NCBI GenBank assembly: GCA_050010755.1
Contig: JBEKKK010000001.1
Coordinates: 1,373,237 to 1,437,236 of the forward strand
Direction: 5' to 3'
Length of the DNA stretch: 64,000 bases
Source: Candidatus Bathyarchaeia archaeon
Lineage (GTDB): Archaea; Thermoproteota; Bathyarchaeia; Bathyarchaeales; Bathycorpusculaceae
The notes beneath the pieces are model-generated. The model did no database searches. It saw nothing but the letters and a program-made list of their open reading frames with translations, and was not told where the DNA came from. Shown here in pieces: positions 1-9,729 of the stretch (position 1 is its first letter; each line of letters starts with the position of its first letter). Both the position numbers and the translations under genes were made by a program.

Positions 1-88
1 CCTGGGATGCGTGCAAGAGAGCGCTCTCCCTTTCACTGCGCGTGTGTGGAAATCGATATGAGCCCAAATTTACGTTATCCACGGCTGT

Positions 89-790
89 TCATACGGTTTC
101 AGAAAGTATCCTCTTTAGAATCGTCAATCCATGTCTCAGCTTTAGCTTTTTCTCGCCCAATCTTTTTCTATATCGGATTGGAACTTCAACGATGTCGTAA
201 CCCTTCTTCTCGACGTAATGGTTCAGCTCGGCTTCAACATCGAAGCCTTTTGATCTCGGCTTCCAATCTTTCATGATATCCCACCTCACAAGGCGCAGAC
301 CAGTTAGCGGATCTTCCAGGTGGACCCCGTTCAACAGGTTGTGAGCGAAGGCCAACAATCTGTTTCCAACATAAAACATGTTATGCATTGATTCGAAATC
401 GAGACTTCCAGCGAACCTGTTCCCACAGACCATGCCCGTCTGCGGATTCTCCTCAAGTATTCTAACCATCTTGAGCAAATGTTCCGCTGGGTAAGTATAG
501 TCCGCGTCGATGAACACCACATATCTAGCATCAATTAGCTGCGCATGAGCTATTGCGGTTGCGATCGCATCGCCTTTACCTGAACCTTTCTGTGTTAAAA
601 CTACAGCTCCCATGCTCTCGGCGATCTTCGTCGTACAATCCGTACTCCGTCCATCGACAACCAAGCAAAAGGGCTTATCCAAACAAGTCTTGATCTCGGC
701 AAGCGTCGGGCCCACTCCTCTCTCTTCGTTCAGAGCGGCGACTATCACCAATATTGACGGTAAACCACGTGTTTTCTGAATCATGAACAA
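89..790 (-). CDS. GT2 family glycosyltransferase (dolichol-phosphate mannose synthase-like)
   Basis: ALNEE, VVDGRSTD, GKGDA, DxD (IDADYTY) and GFDVE motifs. Confidence 0.9.
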   Translation of the reverse strand: MFMIQKTRGLPSILVIVAALNEERGVGPTLAEIKTCLDKPFCLVVDGRSTDCTTKIAESMGAVVLTQKGSGKGDAIATAIAHAQLIDARYVVFIDADYTYPAEHLLKMVRILEENPQTGMVCGNRFAGSLDFESMHNMFYVGNRLLAFAHNLLNGVHLEDPLTGLRLVRWDIMKDWKPRSKGFDVEAELNHYVEKKGYDIVEVPIRYRKRLGEKKLKLRHGLTILKRILSETV

Positions 791-1044
791 GACATCTCAG
801 GCGCGCGAGGTGCCTCATCATCATCGCGCTTTGCTGTGTTCTTATTGAAGCTACCGCAGCGCTTGCCCTTAGATTCTAGATCAGGGCACTGCGATCTTCA
901 ATCATTCTCCGCTATTTGCTCTCCATCCCTTCTGATTTAAAGCAGCAAGAACCATCAGGTTAGAACCTGCTCGTTCTTAACACTTTAAATAGGCATGAGG
1001 GCAGCAAAGATTTTTGCACGTTCCGATGTTAGTGCCGACGCCTG

Positions 1045-1365
1045 CTAGAATCGTGATATCAACGATCCAGCCTCTTTCTTGCGGCGGATCTTTCCCATGT
1101 TCACGAAGTTTGCCAGAAAATCCCTCCCCTGATCTGTCGTCGTGTAAACAATCCTCATCTCGTTCACGTTTCCTCCCCCGTACACGACGCTCAGGGAGAT
1201 GTACCGCATGCCGAGAAGCATGCTCACATACTTGCTCAGCCGCGTGAAATTCAAATTCGCTCTGTAGACGACGCTAGTCTTCGCTGCCCCGTCCAGACAA
1301 GTTTCTAGGATATCGCAGATGATTTCGACCTGACTTCTTCGATGGGCAACCAACATTAACACCAT
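1045..1365 (-). CDS. archaeal winged-helix transcriptional regulator (DUF4364/HTH_45-like)
   Basis: RRSQVEIICDILE..AKTSVVYRANLNF..YTTTDQGRDFL pattern; start uncertain (1356-1404). Confidence 0.8.
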   Translation of the reverse strand: MVLMLVAHRRSQVEIICDILETCLDGAAKTSVVYRANLNFTRLSKYVSMLLGMRYISLSVVYGGGNVNEMRIVYTTTDQGRDFLANFVNMGKIRRKKEAGSLISRF

Positions 1366-1470
1366 TAAATCTGCCAAAAGTACATTAAACAAGAAGTGAA
1401 GCAAGAGCTATTAACAGTTTCGAAATGTTTAAATAAAAAAGAAACAGGCCCCCAGCAACGCAATTGATTG

Positions 1471-2154
1471 CTAGATCCATTTGATGATGGGTTCATTCTT
1501 CTTCGGCCGCATCGCGCGAGCCTCAGGGACGTCCTTTGGATAGCCGAGCACGATGGGTCCGTATACTCGTTCACTATCCTTCAACTCGAGGGCTTGCACG
1601 ACACCCGCATCGCCTGTGACCATTGAACCGAACCCCACATAGCAGCTTCCAAGACCAAGAGAGCAAGCGGCAAGCATGATGTTCTCGCAGGCTAACGCAC
1701 AACTTAGAGCGTGTTCAGCCGGGCCAATCACAAAGAGAATGACAGGTGCAGAATAGTAAACCATGTCTTTAGGTTCGTCCATTACCCCGCGGAGCCTCGT
1801 CACCTTCTCGTAATAGTCGGGGTGAGTCTCTTTGATTTCTTCATACATTCCATTCCATATAGGGAGCGTGGCCCGAACCAGTTTCTGTATAAACTCCGGG
1901 TCCTCGACAACGACAAACCGCCAAGGCTGAAAAAGAGCCTCCACACTTCCTTTTTCCTCCCTTCCCTGCGACGGCGCCAGATTGCCAGCCTCGATTATCG
2001 CATTAATGATACCCCTCGGAACTGGCTTTGGCATATAGGCCCTAACAGACTGCCTGTTCTTTATGACTTCAATTACCGGATTCGTCACTACCTTATTGAG
2101 GTCTTCTGGCTCCAACTTTCTGTTCTTTCTTTCATCATCAACCATGTTTCTCAT
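1471..2154 (-). CDS. nitroreductase family protein
   Basis: RQSVRAY, AGNLAPS, QPWRFVVV, ENIMLAACSLGLGSC, LGYP. Confidence 0.9.
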   Translation of the reverse strand: MRNMVDDERKNRKLEPEDLNKVVTNPVIEVIKNRQSVRAYMPKPVPRGIINAIIEAGNLAPSQGREEKGSVEALFQPWRFVVVEDPEFIQKLVRATLPIWNGMYEEIKETHPDYYEKVTRLRGVMDEPKDMVYYSAPVILFVIGPAEHALSCALACENIMLAACSLGLGSCYVGFGSMVTGDAGVVQALELKDSERVYGPIVLGYPKDVPEARAMRPKKNEPIIKWI

Positions 2155-2576
2155 CTCCCAAATCTCTTCACAGCAGATTCAGATGAACTCTGTTCGAAAC
2201 AGCCCACGTCGAACCCGAATCCGCACTGATCAGTTCGGTCAACCGACGACGAGTGGCTACCTTCTTTATTCTGGGAGAACTTGAACTTTGCCTCTGCCAC
2301 AGAGACAGACATAATATTCTTCTCTTGAGCGACTTGCAAGTATCCAAACTTCACTCATTTCCACCTTAAACCACTAGAGCAGTGGTCACGAGAGTTAAGG
2401 TGTTCTGTGCAATAGTGACCAGTCTAGCAGTCGGCCTGTCGACCAGCTCGTAGGTAGGGACGCGTCCGCAAGTCTACATTATTTCACTTTAACCTTGGTC
2501 TCTCCCCCCTTCAAGAATGCCGCATTGACAAACAACTTATACGGCTCAAAACTCGCCTTTCTCATCGTGGCGCATC

Positions 2577-2891
2577 ATGCTTTCAACCCGCCTAACCCTG
2601 AAGAAACATTCGCCATCGACGCTTGAGGATACACTGTGCTCAAGGGTTCGGCTCAGAATACTGAAGCTGCTCATCAGCTCTCAGAAACTTACCCCAGCCC
2701 AGATCGCGGCCAAAGTAGGAGTTAACTATGTTGTGGTGCGCGCGCATCTCGAAGCTCTCGAAAACGGCGACGTTCTCACGCATTCCAACTTCGGAAAGAG
2801 GATACGCTATTACAAGTTCAAAGAATCTGAGAGGGCAAAAGCCGTCAGGAACGTCATAGAAGCTTGGTGTCGCCCCGAGAACCCAGCCTAG
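2577..2891 (+). CDS. ArsR-like winged-helix protein
   Basis: SRVRLRILKLL..IAAKVGVNY..HLEALE..GKRIRYY. Confidence 0.8.
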   Translation: MLSTRLTLKKHSPSTLEDTLCSRVRLRILKLLISSQKLTPAQIAAKVGVNYVVVRAHLEALENGDVLTHSNFGKRIRYYKFKESERAKAVRNVIEAWCRPENPA

Positions 2892-3152
2892 TTGCCAGCA
2901 AAGCCTTTTCTGAGACTCGTTCACTTGGCCGGCTCAACAAAACCTAATCGCACCTTTCGGACATGCTGGAAAAAGAAAAAAAGAGGAATGTTAGCGAGTG
3001 GAACGTTACAATGCAACATTATAATTATCCTCACAAACAAACGGGAAAAGTCAGCCGTAAGCCTCGGTCAAGCCTGTTTTCAAAATGGTTTTTCACAAAA
3101 CAACATTATGACTAACCTCACAACCGTAGAGCCGAGAGGCTTCGAAACGCAA

Positions 3153-3222
3153 CATGGAAACCTTACATTGCAACATTACAAAGCAACATTACATCTGATG
3201 TAAAGAAAAAAAAGGGAGGGGG
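3153..3222 (+). repeat. dispersed ~70 bp repeat, copy 1
   Basis: catggaaa-ccttacattgcaa-cattacaaagcaa-cattacatctgatgtaa-agaaaaaaaagggaggggg. Confidence 0.9.
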
Positions 3223-3342
3223 TCAACCGTTCACTGGCGAAATAATTCAGCACGAACTGAAGCCTAAACAAGCACAGATGGGCCGACATTAACGCGCATA
3301 ATCTCGATTTTTAACCCGTTTTCTGGAACACTCTGCACGATA

Positions 3343-3411
3343 CATGGAAATTTACGCTTACACATTACAAAGCAACATTACAACAGACGTAAAGAAAAAA
3401 AGGGGAGGGGG
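3343..3411 (+). repeat. dispersed ~70 bp repeat, copy 2
   Basis: catggaaatttacgcttacacattacaaagcaacattacaacagacgtaaagaaaaaaaggggaggggg, similar to copy 1. Confidence 0.85.
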
Positions 3412-3822
3412 CGACTGCACAACTCACGCTTCTCCCCAATCGCTCGTCGCGACCCACAGCCTCAAAACCTTCAGAACTGTGCAGAACATCTTTGCCCGAT
3501 TCATGAAACGGTCAATGCCTTCATGCATGATTCGTCACGTAGCTCGTCGCTGAGCAAAGCCTCGTAAACTCGTCATCATGGATAGGTCAGGAAAGGGTTC
3601 TGTTAGGCTTCGGGACTCCAGATCTGTTGGTCAACGGCGGTTTTTGAAAATGTAACAATGTTACACAATTCTTAAATAATATCAAATGATAAAAACCAAT
3701 TTTGAAGGGAGAAGGGTAACTAGCAGACTCGCAGCGGCCTAACAACAGGCTTCTCACCCTTCAAGAGAGTTCATAAACGAACAGCAAACGAAAACCCCAC
3801 GGAGGACAGAGGAGGTGACAAA

Positions 3823-4455
3823 ATGAAATTGAAGCTCAGTCGCAAATTATTGATCACACTCGTTCTTATCGGCACGTTAGGCGTACTGTTCGGATTGACA
3901 ATGAACGCGTACGCACCCGCACCCCAACCGCTCTGCGCAATGAAAACTCTCATAGACGGAAACTTCTACGTACCCTACAGCCTGCAGCCAACAGGACTCA
4001 ACATCGACCTAATATTCACGACGCCTCACCTCATCGGAGACCAAAGCGGAGGAGTATCCCCATACAGCACAATACCGTACTGGCCTGACGGAACCATAAA
4101 CCTGAAGGACATTGCAATCATCGCCAAAGCATTCGGCTCCACCCCAGGCTCACCGAACTGGAACTACATGGCAGACATTGTGCCAGACGTAAACGCTTCC
4201 ACGGGCCTCCCAACAGTAAACATGAACGACCTCGCCATAGCCGCCAGAGACTTCGGCAACATAGGCGTGTACACACCTTACTCGGCCCTGTACCCCCTCG
4301 TCAGAGTCGAGTTCAACAACACACTCCCCTACTACACACCCAACGCCACTGGATTCCTACCCATCCCAACCATCTACCAATACCCAAACTACGCGAACTT
4401 CACAGTCAACTACCTCACAACCCGCCTAGGCGCACTCGTAACCTTCTGGCAATAA
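3823..4455 (+). CDS. secreted protein with dockerin-like/EF-hand repeats
   Basis: SD ggaggtg, signal peptide, DGTINLKDIAIIAKAFGS..WNYMADI..VNMNDLAIAARDFG. Confidence 0.75.
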   Translation: MKLKLSRKLLITLVLIGTLGVLFGLTMNAYAPAPQPLCAMKTLIDGNFYVPYSLQPTGLNIDLIFTTPHLIGDQSGGVSPYSTIPYWPDGTINLKDIAIIAKAFGSTPGSPNWNYMADIVPDVNASTGLPTVNMNDLAIAARDFGNIGVYTPYSALYPLVRVEFNNTLPYYTPNATGFLPIPTIYQYPNYANFTVNYLTTRLGALVTFWQ

Positions 4456-4719
4456 CCACACCCCCATCACAACCCTCTTTTTTTGTTCCGAAACACAAAC
4501 CACACGCCACGGCCAGCAAGTCCTCACTTCCTCAAACTCAAGAACAACATGAACCAAACCACAACACCCTCAAAACTACCAATACTATTGATCCGAAACA
4601 AAGTTCAGTGCACAAAAAATGGGAGGGGGCTACCGACTCTTCCGTCGCGCCCCAAACATCTCTACAGCATTTTCAACGTAGCCAAGGACGAAGTTGATAG
4701 ACAAATGATCGATTGTATG

Positions 4720-6021
4720 CTACGTCGGTGAGGGTCGAGTTCCAAGCTTCACCGGGACGTTTATTGTCTGGTTGCTTCGGACAACCGTGACGTTTATCGT
4801 TTGGCCTGGTTGAGTGAACTCTTCCATGTAGCTTGAGAGAGCATCCCCGTTCGCTATTTTCGTACCGTTGAACGCTATTATTACGTCGCCTCCGATAGTA
4901 TACGTGTTCCCGAGAACGTCGGTAAACTGCGTCGTGCCAGCTCTCAAGCCGGCCGTTGCCGCAGGTCCTCCACTCGTTACTTGTGAGACTAGCCAGCCGT
5001 AGGTCACACTTGTGCTCATCGCCTGCCCGAGCTCATAATCCATGTCGACTCCGCTTGCCCCCAGATAGGGATGCTTGTTGTACGAACCCGTTGTGATGAG
5101 TGACGGAACCTCCCGCAGTATCGAGCTGGACGGAATCGCCAGACCGAGCCCCTGAGCCGCCACGCCCTCATAGGTGGCAGTGTAGGAGGTTATTCCAACA
5201 ACCTCGCCCGCATAATTCAACAGCGGCCCCCCAGAGTTGCCAGGGTTTATCGGTGCCGAAGTCTGTATGCAATCAGAGATGGCGTAGGTGGTCCAGTCAA
5301 CCGTAACCGATCTGTGCAAAGCACTGACTATGCCCGAAGTCATCGATCCAGTCAACCCAAGAGGATTACCCACCGCGAAAACGGGATCGCCCACTTCCAG
5401 CGTAGACGAGCTCACGATCGTGAGAGGATGATACTCGCTCATGGGCGCGGTCGTTGACAGCGTGGCCAGATCCGAATAGAGATCCGTGCCCGTCACGTTG
5501 GCAGGATACGTGTTTCCATCTGTGAAGGTTACGGTAACGTTGACTGCATCTTGCACAACGTGGAAGTTTGTTACGATTGCAAACTGTCCCGTCAGGTTAG
5601 TGACGAACCCTGAGCCCTCCACTCCCTCGTAGATAGGGGTTCCGAAGAAACTGGATCCCAGCACTATTCCTTGAACCATGACTATCGAATCATTGACCTG
5701 ATAGTACAGCTGAGAAAGCGAAACATTTTCTCCCGAAAAGATAGTGACGTTACCGGCGGATGAGTTCTGGTTCGATTGAAGCTCCTGCTCCAGATCTGAA
5801 ACTTGAGTCTGGAGACTGCTGATTTGGCTCGAATTTGACTGGAGGTCCTGTTTCAAGCCTGAAACTTGACTCTGAAGGTTGTTGATTTGATCTGAAGTTG
5901 TAAAGTTGTTTATCGCGTAGCCGAGTACTCCGCCCAACAGCAAACACATGAGCGCTATCCCTATCAGAATCGCCGTCAAACTACGCGTTTTTGGTTTTTC
6001 AGGTGGTGGTTGCATCATCAT
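4720..6021 (-). CDS. htrA: membrane-anchored HtrA/DegP serine protease with coiled coil and PDZ domain
   Basis: TM helix, TNFHVV, DLA, GNSGGPL triad motifs, C-terminal PDZ (GDVIIAFNG). Confidence 0.92.
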   Translation of the reverse strand: MMMQPPPEKPKTRSLTAILIGIALMCLLLGGVLGYAINNFTTSDQINNLQSQVSGLKQDLQSNSSQISSLQTQVSDLEQELQSNQNSSAGNVTIFSGENVSLSQLYYQVNDSIVMVQGIVLGSSFFGTPIYEGVEGSGFVTNLTGQFAIVTNFHVVQDAVNVTVTFTDGNTYPANVTGTDLYSDLATLSTTAPMSEYHPLTIVSSSTLEVGDPVFAVGNPLGLTGSMTSGIVSALHRSVTVDWTTYAISDCIQTSAPINPGNSGGPLLNYAGEVVGITSYTATYEGVAAQGLGLAIPSSSILREVPSLITTGSYNKHPYLGASGVDMDYELGQAMSTSVTYGWLVSQVTSGGPAATAGLRAGTTQFTDVLGNTYTIGGDVIIAFNGTKIANGDALSSYMEEFTQPGQTINVTVVRSNQTINVPVKLGTRPSPT

Positions 6022-6129
6022 CAACTCCTGAGGCTTGTCCGCTTGGCGCGTGGGGAATTTTCGACTCCGCACTTAATCTCGTTTTCCATGCATGCCGTTG
6101 TTTCTTTCATTTTTTCACCTTTCAGTGGT

Positions 6130-6222
6130 TACTATGTGCTATAGTAGCGAACTTTATAAACGTTACGACCGCCGATAGTAGCGTGTCTGCGAAACATTAA
6201 ATAGCTACTACTGGCAATAGTA
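6130..6222. promoter_or_regulatory. three BlaI-type operators TAC(T/G)A(C/T)-N5-ATAGTA in the divergent promoter
   Basis: 6130-6146 TACTATgtgctATAGTA, 6164-6180 TACGACcgccgATAGTA, 6206-6222 TACTACtggcaATAGTA; TATA-like tttataaa at 6153-6160 and attaaata near 6196. Confidence 0.8.
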
Positions 6223-6227
6223 GTGAA

Positions 6228-6689
6228 TTGACGACCATGCCTGACAACGATAAATCGAGGATTTCTCAATACAACCTCAGAGGGAAAGAAATAGAGGCTT
6301 TCCTGGGCCCATTAGAATCAAGCATAATTGGCGTCATATGGAACTCAGAAAGAAAACCTGTAAGAGTAAGAGAAGTCTACGAGAAACTCAAGAAGAAGAA
6401 GAACATCGCTTACACTACAGTCATGTCCACCATGGACAGACTCTACGACAAGAGTCTGCTTGACAGGCGATTAGAAAAAGGAAAGGGCGGCCTCTTCTAC
6501 GTTTATTGGCCCAGACTTGAGGAACAAAACTTCAAGAAATCCGCGGTGCGGGAAGTCATTAACAGCCTCGTCGAAAACTTTGGGGAAATCGTCACCAGCT
6601 ACTTGATTGAAGAGGCGACTTCGGATGAGCAAGAGCTGAAAGCTCTAAAGGAGCAAGTCGAAAACATCGCTAAAGAAAAACAGAAGTGA
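6228..6689 (+). CDS. BlaI/MecI/CopY family repressor
   Basis: LGPLESSII..W..VREVYEKL..IAYTTVMSTMDRLYDK.LL.R. Confidence 0.9.
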   Translation: MTTMPDNDKSRISQYNLRGKEIEAFLGPLESSIIGVIWNSERKPVRVREVYEKLKKKKNIAYTTVMSTMDRLYDKSLLDRRLEKGKGGLFYVYWPRLEEQNFKKSAVREVINSLVENFGEIVTSYLIEEATSDEQELKALKEQVENIAKEKQK

Positions 6690-8581
6690 ACGTAATGCTC
6701 CCAACGGGTCTGGACAACGTTCTGGCGCAGGTTTTTCAACCATACTTTTACTATTCCGTGATTCTTTTGGCAATATCGTTCATCTGCGTCAAAGCGTTCC
6801 TCCGGTACGATCACTCAGTTGGCAGAAGGACAAGAAGCGTCGCATACATTCTTCCGTTAGTGATTCCCATTCTGGTATTCGCGGTCTTTCATCCAGCAAC
6901 AACGGCAAGCATGGTGAACGGAAGCGGCGCTGCAGGAATTTTCATAATGTCATCAAACCTAGGCTCTGCAAACGCCTCGCCATTTCAGTCTCTCTTCGGC
7001 CAGCTGCAGAGCTTTCCGAGCGTTTCTCCTCCGCCGTCTATCGTGCTAGCATTTCTTCCGGGAGAAACTGAGATGCTCTCAGTGACGGGGATATTGTGTT
7101 TGATCGGGCTCGTCGTAGCTTCATGTTATTTCGTTCTGATGACAGTCTTTGATGACAAAATAGTTGCCAAGGTTTTCCACATTATCCCACTTAAGCAAGA
7201 AGAGTACGCTCAATTGCAAAGGAACGTTGATGAGTTATCACAAAAACTGACCATAAGACCTCCAACAATAGGCATTATGGAAGACTTGAGACCGAACGCC
7301 TTCGTCGCAGGATATGGAAACAAAACGATGCTCGTCTTCTCAGTTGGAATGTTGAACGTCCTAGATGAAAAGGAGTTGACGGCAGTAGCGGCACATGAAC
7401 TTTCACACATTAAGAAACATGATTTCTTCTTCAAGACTTTTTCATACGCTTTGACGATGGTTTCGTTTTTCAACCCCATCGCGTTTTTTGCAGCGTCAGC
7501 TGCGCAAAGAGAAAGGGAGATGCTTGCAGACGAGGATGGCGCAAAACTGTTGGGCCAACCGGGAATGCTGGCTAGGGCATTATCAAAAACATATAAAGCG
7601 CTACAAAGCTTTCCCAAGGAAGACCTCACGGTCCGTCTGACCTCGGGCCTGTTCTTGGTATCCCCGATTGCTCGAAGACCTGAAATACTCGCCACACACC
7701 CGAGAGTGAACCAAAGAATAGATAACATCGCAAGACTGACGACAAAAACCGCGAAAACAAGGCGAAACATGACAATCACAGTTGCCCTGTCTTTCCTGAT
7801 ACTTCTAGGAGGGTTGATGGCAGGTTATCCGATAGTAAAGATTCAAACGTCATTTGTGCAGGGTCAGCCGAGTTTAATTTCAGTAATGTCGAGTGAAGGC
7901 TCAAAACTCGAACTCATTCCCTGGGCAGAAACGATAAGGCTTCAATCTAACAAACTCGTTTCACCCGTTGAATTTGTCGGCACGCGGCTTCCAGATTTTG
8001 TCGTTGGAGGAAAACAGCCAAACATGACAACTCTCCTCCTAAACGAATCGTACATCGCTGGTTCAGTGAGGGACTACATCAGCGTCAATGCATTAGGAAC
8101 AGCTACCGAACTCGCAGAAAAGTATCTGCCTCGCACCGTTGAACAAGCAACCCCTAAAAAAGCTGACGCGAGTGAAAATGGGCTTACAGCCGTATATATA
8201 GTATCTTGGCAAGCAAGTGCAAAGCCAGACTACTCGGTGAATTCTGCTGAACCAAGTTTGGGCAATTCAGAATCATACGGGTGCATCTTCTTTCAATCTC
8301 AAATATCGGCAACGTACACCTCTTTGTGGCTGTCCAAATCTCTGCCTAGGCCAGTGCAGAGAACCGACTTTGCGGTCGGACCGATCAGCAATGAACCGAC
8401 GGCATTTGGCAACGCCATAATCCTCATGCTCTATCTTCCTTCTTCACATTCGACGATGCAACACGAACCCACGAACTTTTACATGGTCCTTTTGAGCTTC
8501 GCCGAACATAATAATCAACATGTTGCAGGCGCTGTTGTTTTGGCGGTGTTGCCAACTCCTGCCCAAGAAATGAATTCGTAA
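6686..8581 (+). CDS. BlaR1-like membrane zinc peptidase (M56/M48) with unknown C-terminal region
   Basis: GTGA overlap with the blaI-like gene, several TM helices, PNAF, HELSH, EMLADE, THP. Confidence 0.85.
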   Translation: MNVMLPTGLDNVLAQVFQPYFYYSVILLAISFICVKAFLRYDHSVGRRTRSVAYILPLVIPILVFAVFHPATTASMVNGSGAAGIFIMSSNLGSANASPFQSLFGQLQSFPSVSPPPSIVLAFLPGETEMLSVTGILCLIGLVVASCYFVLMTVFDDKIVAKVFHIIPLKQEEYAQLQRNVDELSQKLTIRPPTIGIMEDLRPNAFVAGYGNKTMLVFSVGMLNVLDEKELTAVAAHELSHIKKHDFFFKTFSYALTMVSFFNPIAFFAASAAQREREMLADEDGAKLLGQPGMLARALSKTYKALQSFPKEDLTVRLTSGLFLVSPIARRPEILATHPRVNQRIDNIARLTTKTAKTRRNMTITVALSFLILLGGLMAGYPIVKIQTSFVQGQPSLISVMSSEGSKLELIPWAETIRLQSNKLVSPVEFVGTRLPDFVVGGKQPNMTTLLLNESYIAGSVRDYISVNALGTATELAEKYLPRTVEQATPKKADASENGLTAVYIVSWQASAKPDYSVNSAEPSLGNSESYGCIFFQSQISATYTSLWLSKSLPRPVQRTDFAVGPISNEPTAFGNAIILMLYLPSSHSTMQHEPTNFYMVLLSFAEHNNQHVAGAVVLAVLPTPAQEMNS

Positions 8582-8758
8582 ACGCTGCGCATCGCTGCAA
8601 ACTTTTTGCTTTCGCAGACGAGTTCCTATATTCCTTTGGATAGTGCTTTTTTTTCAACAACATAACCAGGCGGGACAGAAAAGAAACAATTGACTAGTTT
8701 TGGGTATTGCGGAAAAGTTATAGCCAAATCATCTCTCAACCTGTCGTGGTGACGATGA

Positions 8759-9289
8759 TTGCTTGAAGGAAAGACGTTGAACTTGAGGATCATGGAGAAA
8801 GATGATTTGGGACTCCTTGTGAACTGGTCGAATAATCCAGATTTCATGGGTGAGTTTTGGGACTATTTTCCACTGCAGAGGTCTAGGTTGGAGATAGAGG
8901 GAGTTATTGAATCCAATTTGTTTGAGGCCGAATATTTTATGATTGAGAAGAAGGATGGAACAATAATCGGTTATGTGAATCACTTTAGCATGCTGCATCC
9001 GCTTGGGAAACTTTTGGAAATAGGTTACGTGGTAGCTCCGAATGAGAGGGGTAAAGGCTATTGCACAGAGGCAGTCCGCCTCATACTTGATTATCTGTTT
9101 CTCTCAAGAAGTGTGCAGAGAATTCAAGCAAGCACGCACATAGATAACAGAGCTTCCCAAAGAGTCTTAGAAAAGGTTGGTTTCCAAAGAGAAGGCGTCA
9201 TGAGAAAAGCTTTGTTCAACAAGGGAGCTTGGAAAGACGGAGTCCTCTATAGCATCCTCAGAGAAGAGTGGACAGAACCAAAAAACTGA
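8759..9289 (+). CDS. RimJ/RimL-type GNAT acetyltransferase
   Basis: EIGY..ERGKGYCTEA..NRASQRVLEKVGF.REG..R. Confidence 0.9.
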   Translation: MLEGKTLNLRIMEKDDLGLLVNWSNNPDFMGEFWDYFPLQRSRLEIEGVIESNLFEAEYFMIEKKDGTIIGYVNHFSMLHPLGKLLEIGYVVAPNERGKGYCTEAVRLILDYLFLSRSVQRIQASTHIDNRASQRVLEKVGFQREGVMRKALFNKGAWKDGVLYSILREEWTEPKN

Positions 9290-9729
9290 CAAAAGCACTT
9301 TCTGGAAGCTAGTGGAAAGTGCACTGTTTTGTTTTCACGTCCGCGACATAGGTCGACGCTAGGTTGAGCGGGAAGTTGCACAAACTAAAGTCTAAGAGTA
9401 TAATTGGATCATATTTGGATCATATCGTGGACCGGGGGGAGGGGCCGTTGGCGCACACATATCGGTCTCATCCTGCCCATGAGCGAAATTTGAAATCATG
9501 AATTCGCGCTCTATTACGGTCAGAAACGGAATTATGAACACCCATGCGCGTTAGGCATATATTTAATAGATGGTTTAAAAAGGCGGAGGAAGTCTTGTGC
9601 CGTTTATGAAAGCAGTCCAAGTCCGTGCTCCTGGAGCAGATTTTGAGTGCCGCCAGTGTCACAATCATTAATAGGGATAGAAATAGGAATGGCGCGCGTT
9701 TCTTATTTGGATTTGACATTTTTGCTGGG

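Noticed and set aside
3005-3411. Repeats as a CRISPR array
   Set aside because: Units are 13-mers in direct tandem or ~70 bp blocks, without regular 30-45 nt unique spacers, and no cas genes are present.
9404-9450. ttggatcatat duplication followed by a G-run
   Set aside because: Only two short copies with no supporting structure, and it lacks the CAACATTACA core of the dispersed repeat.
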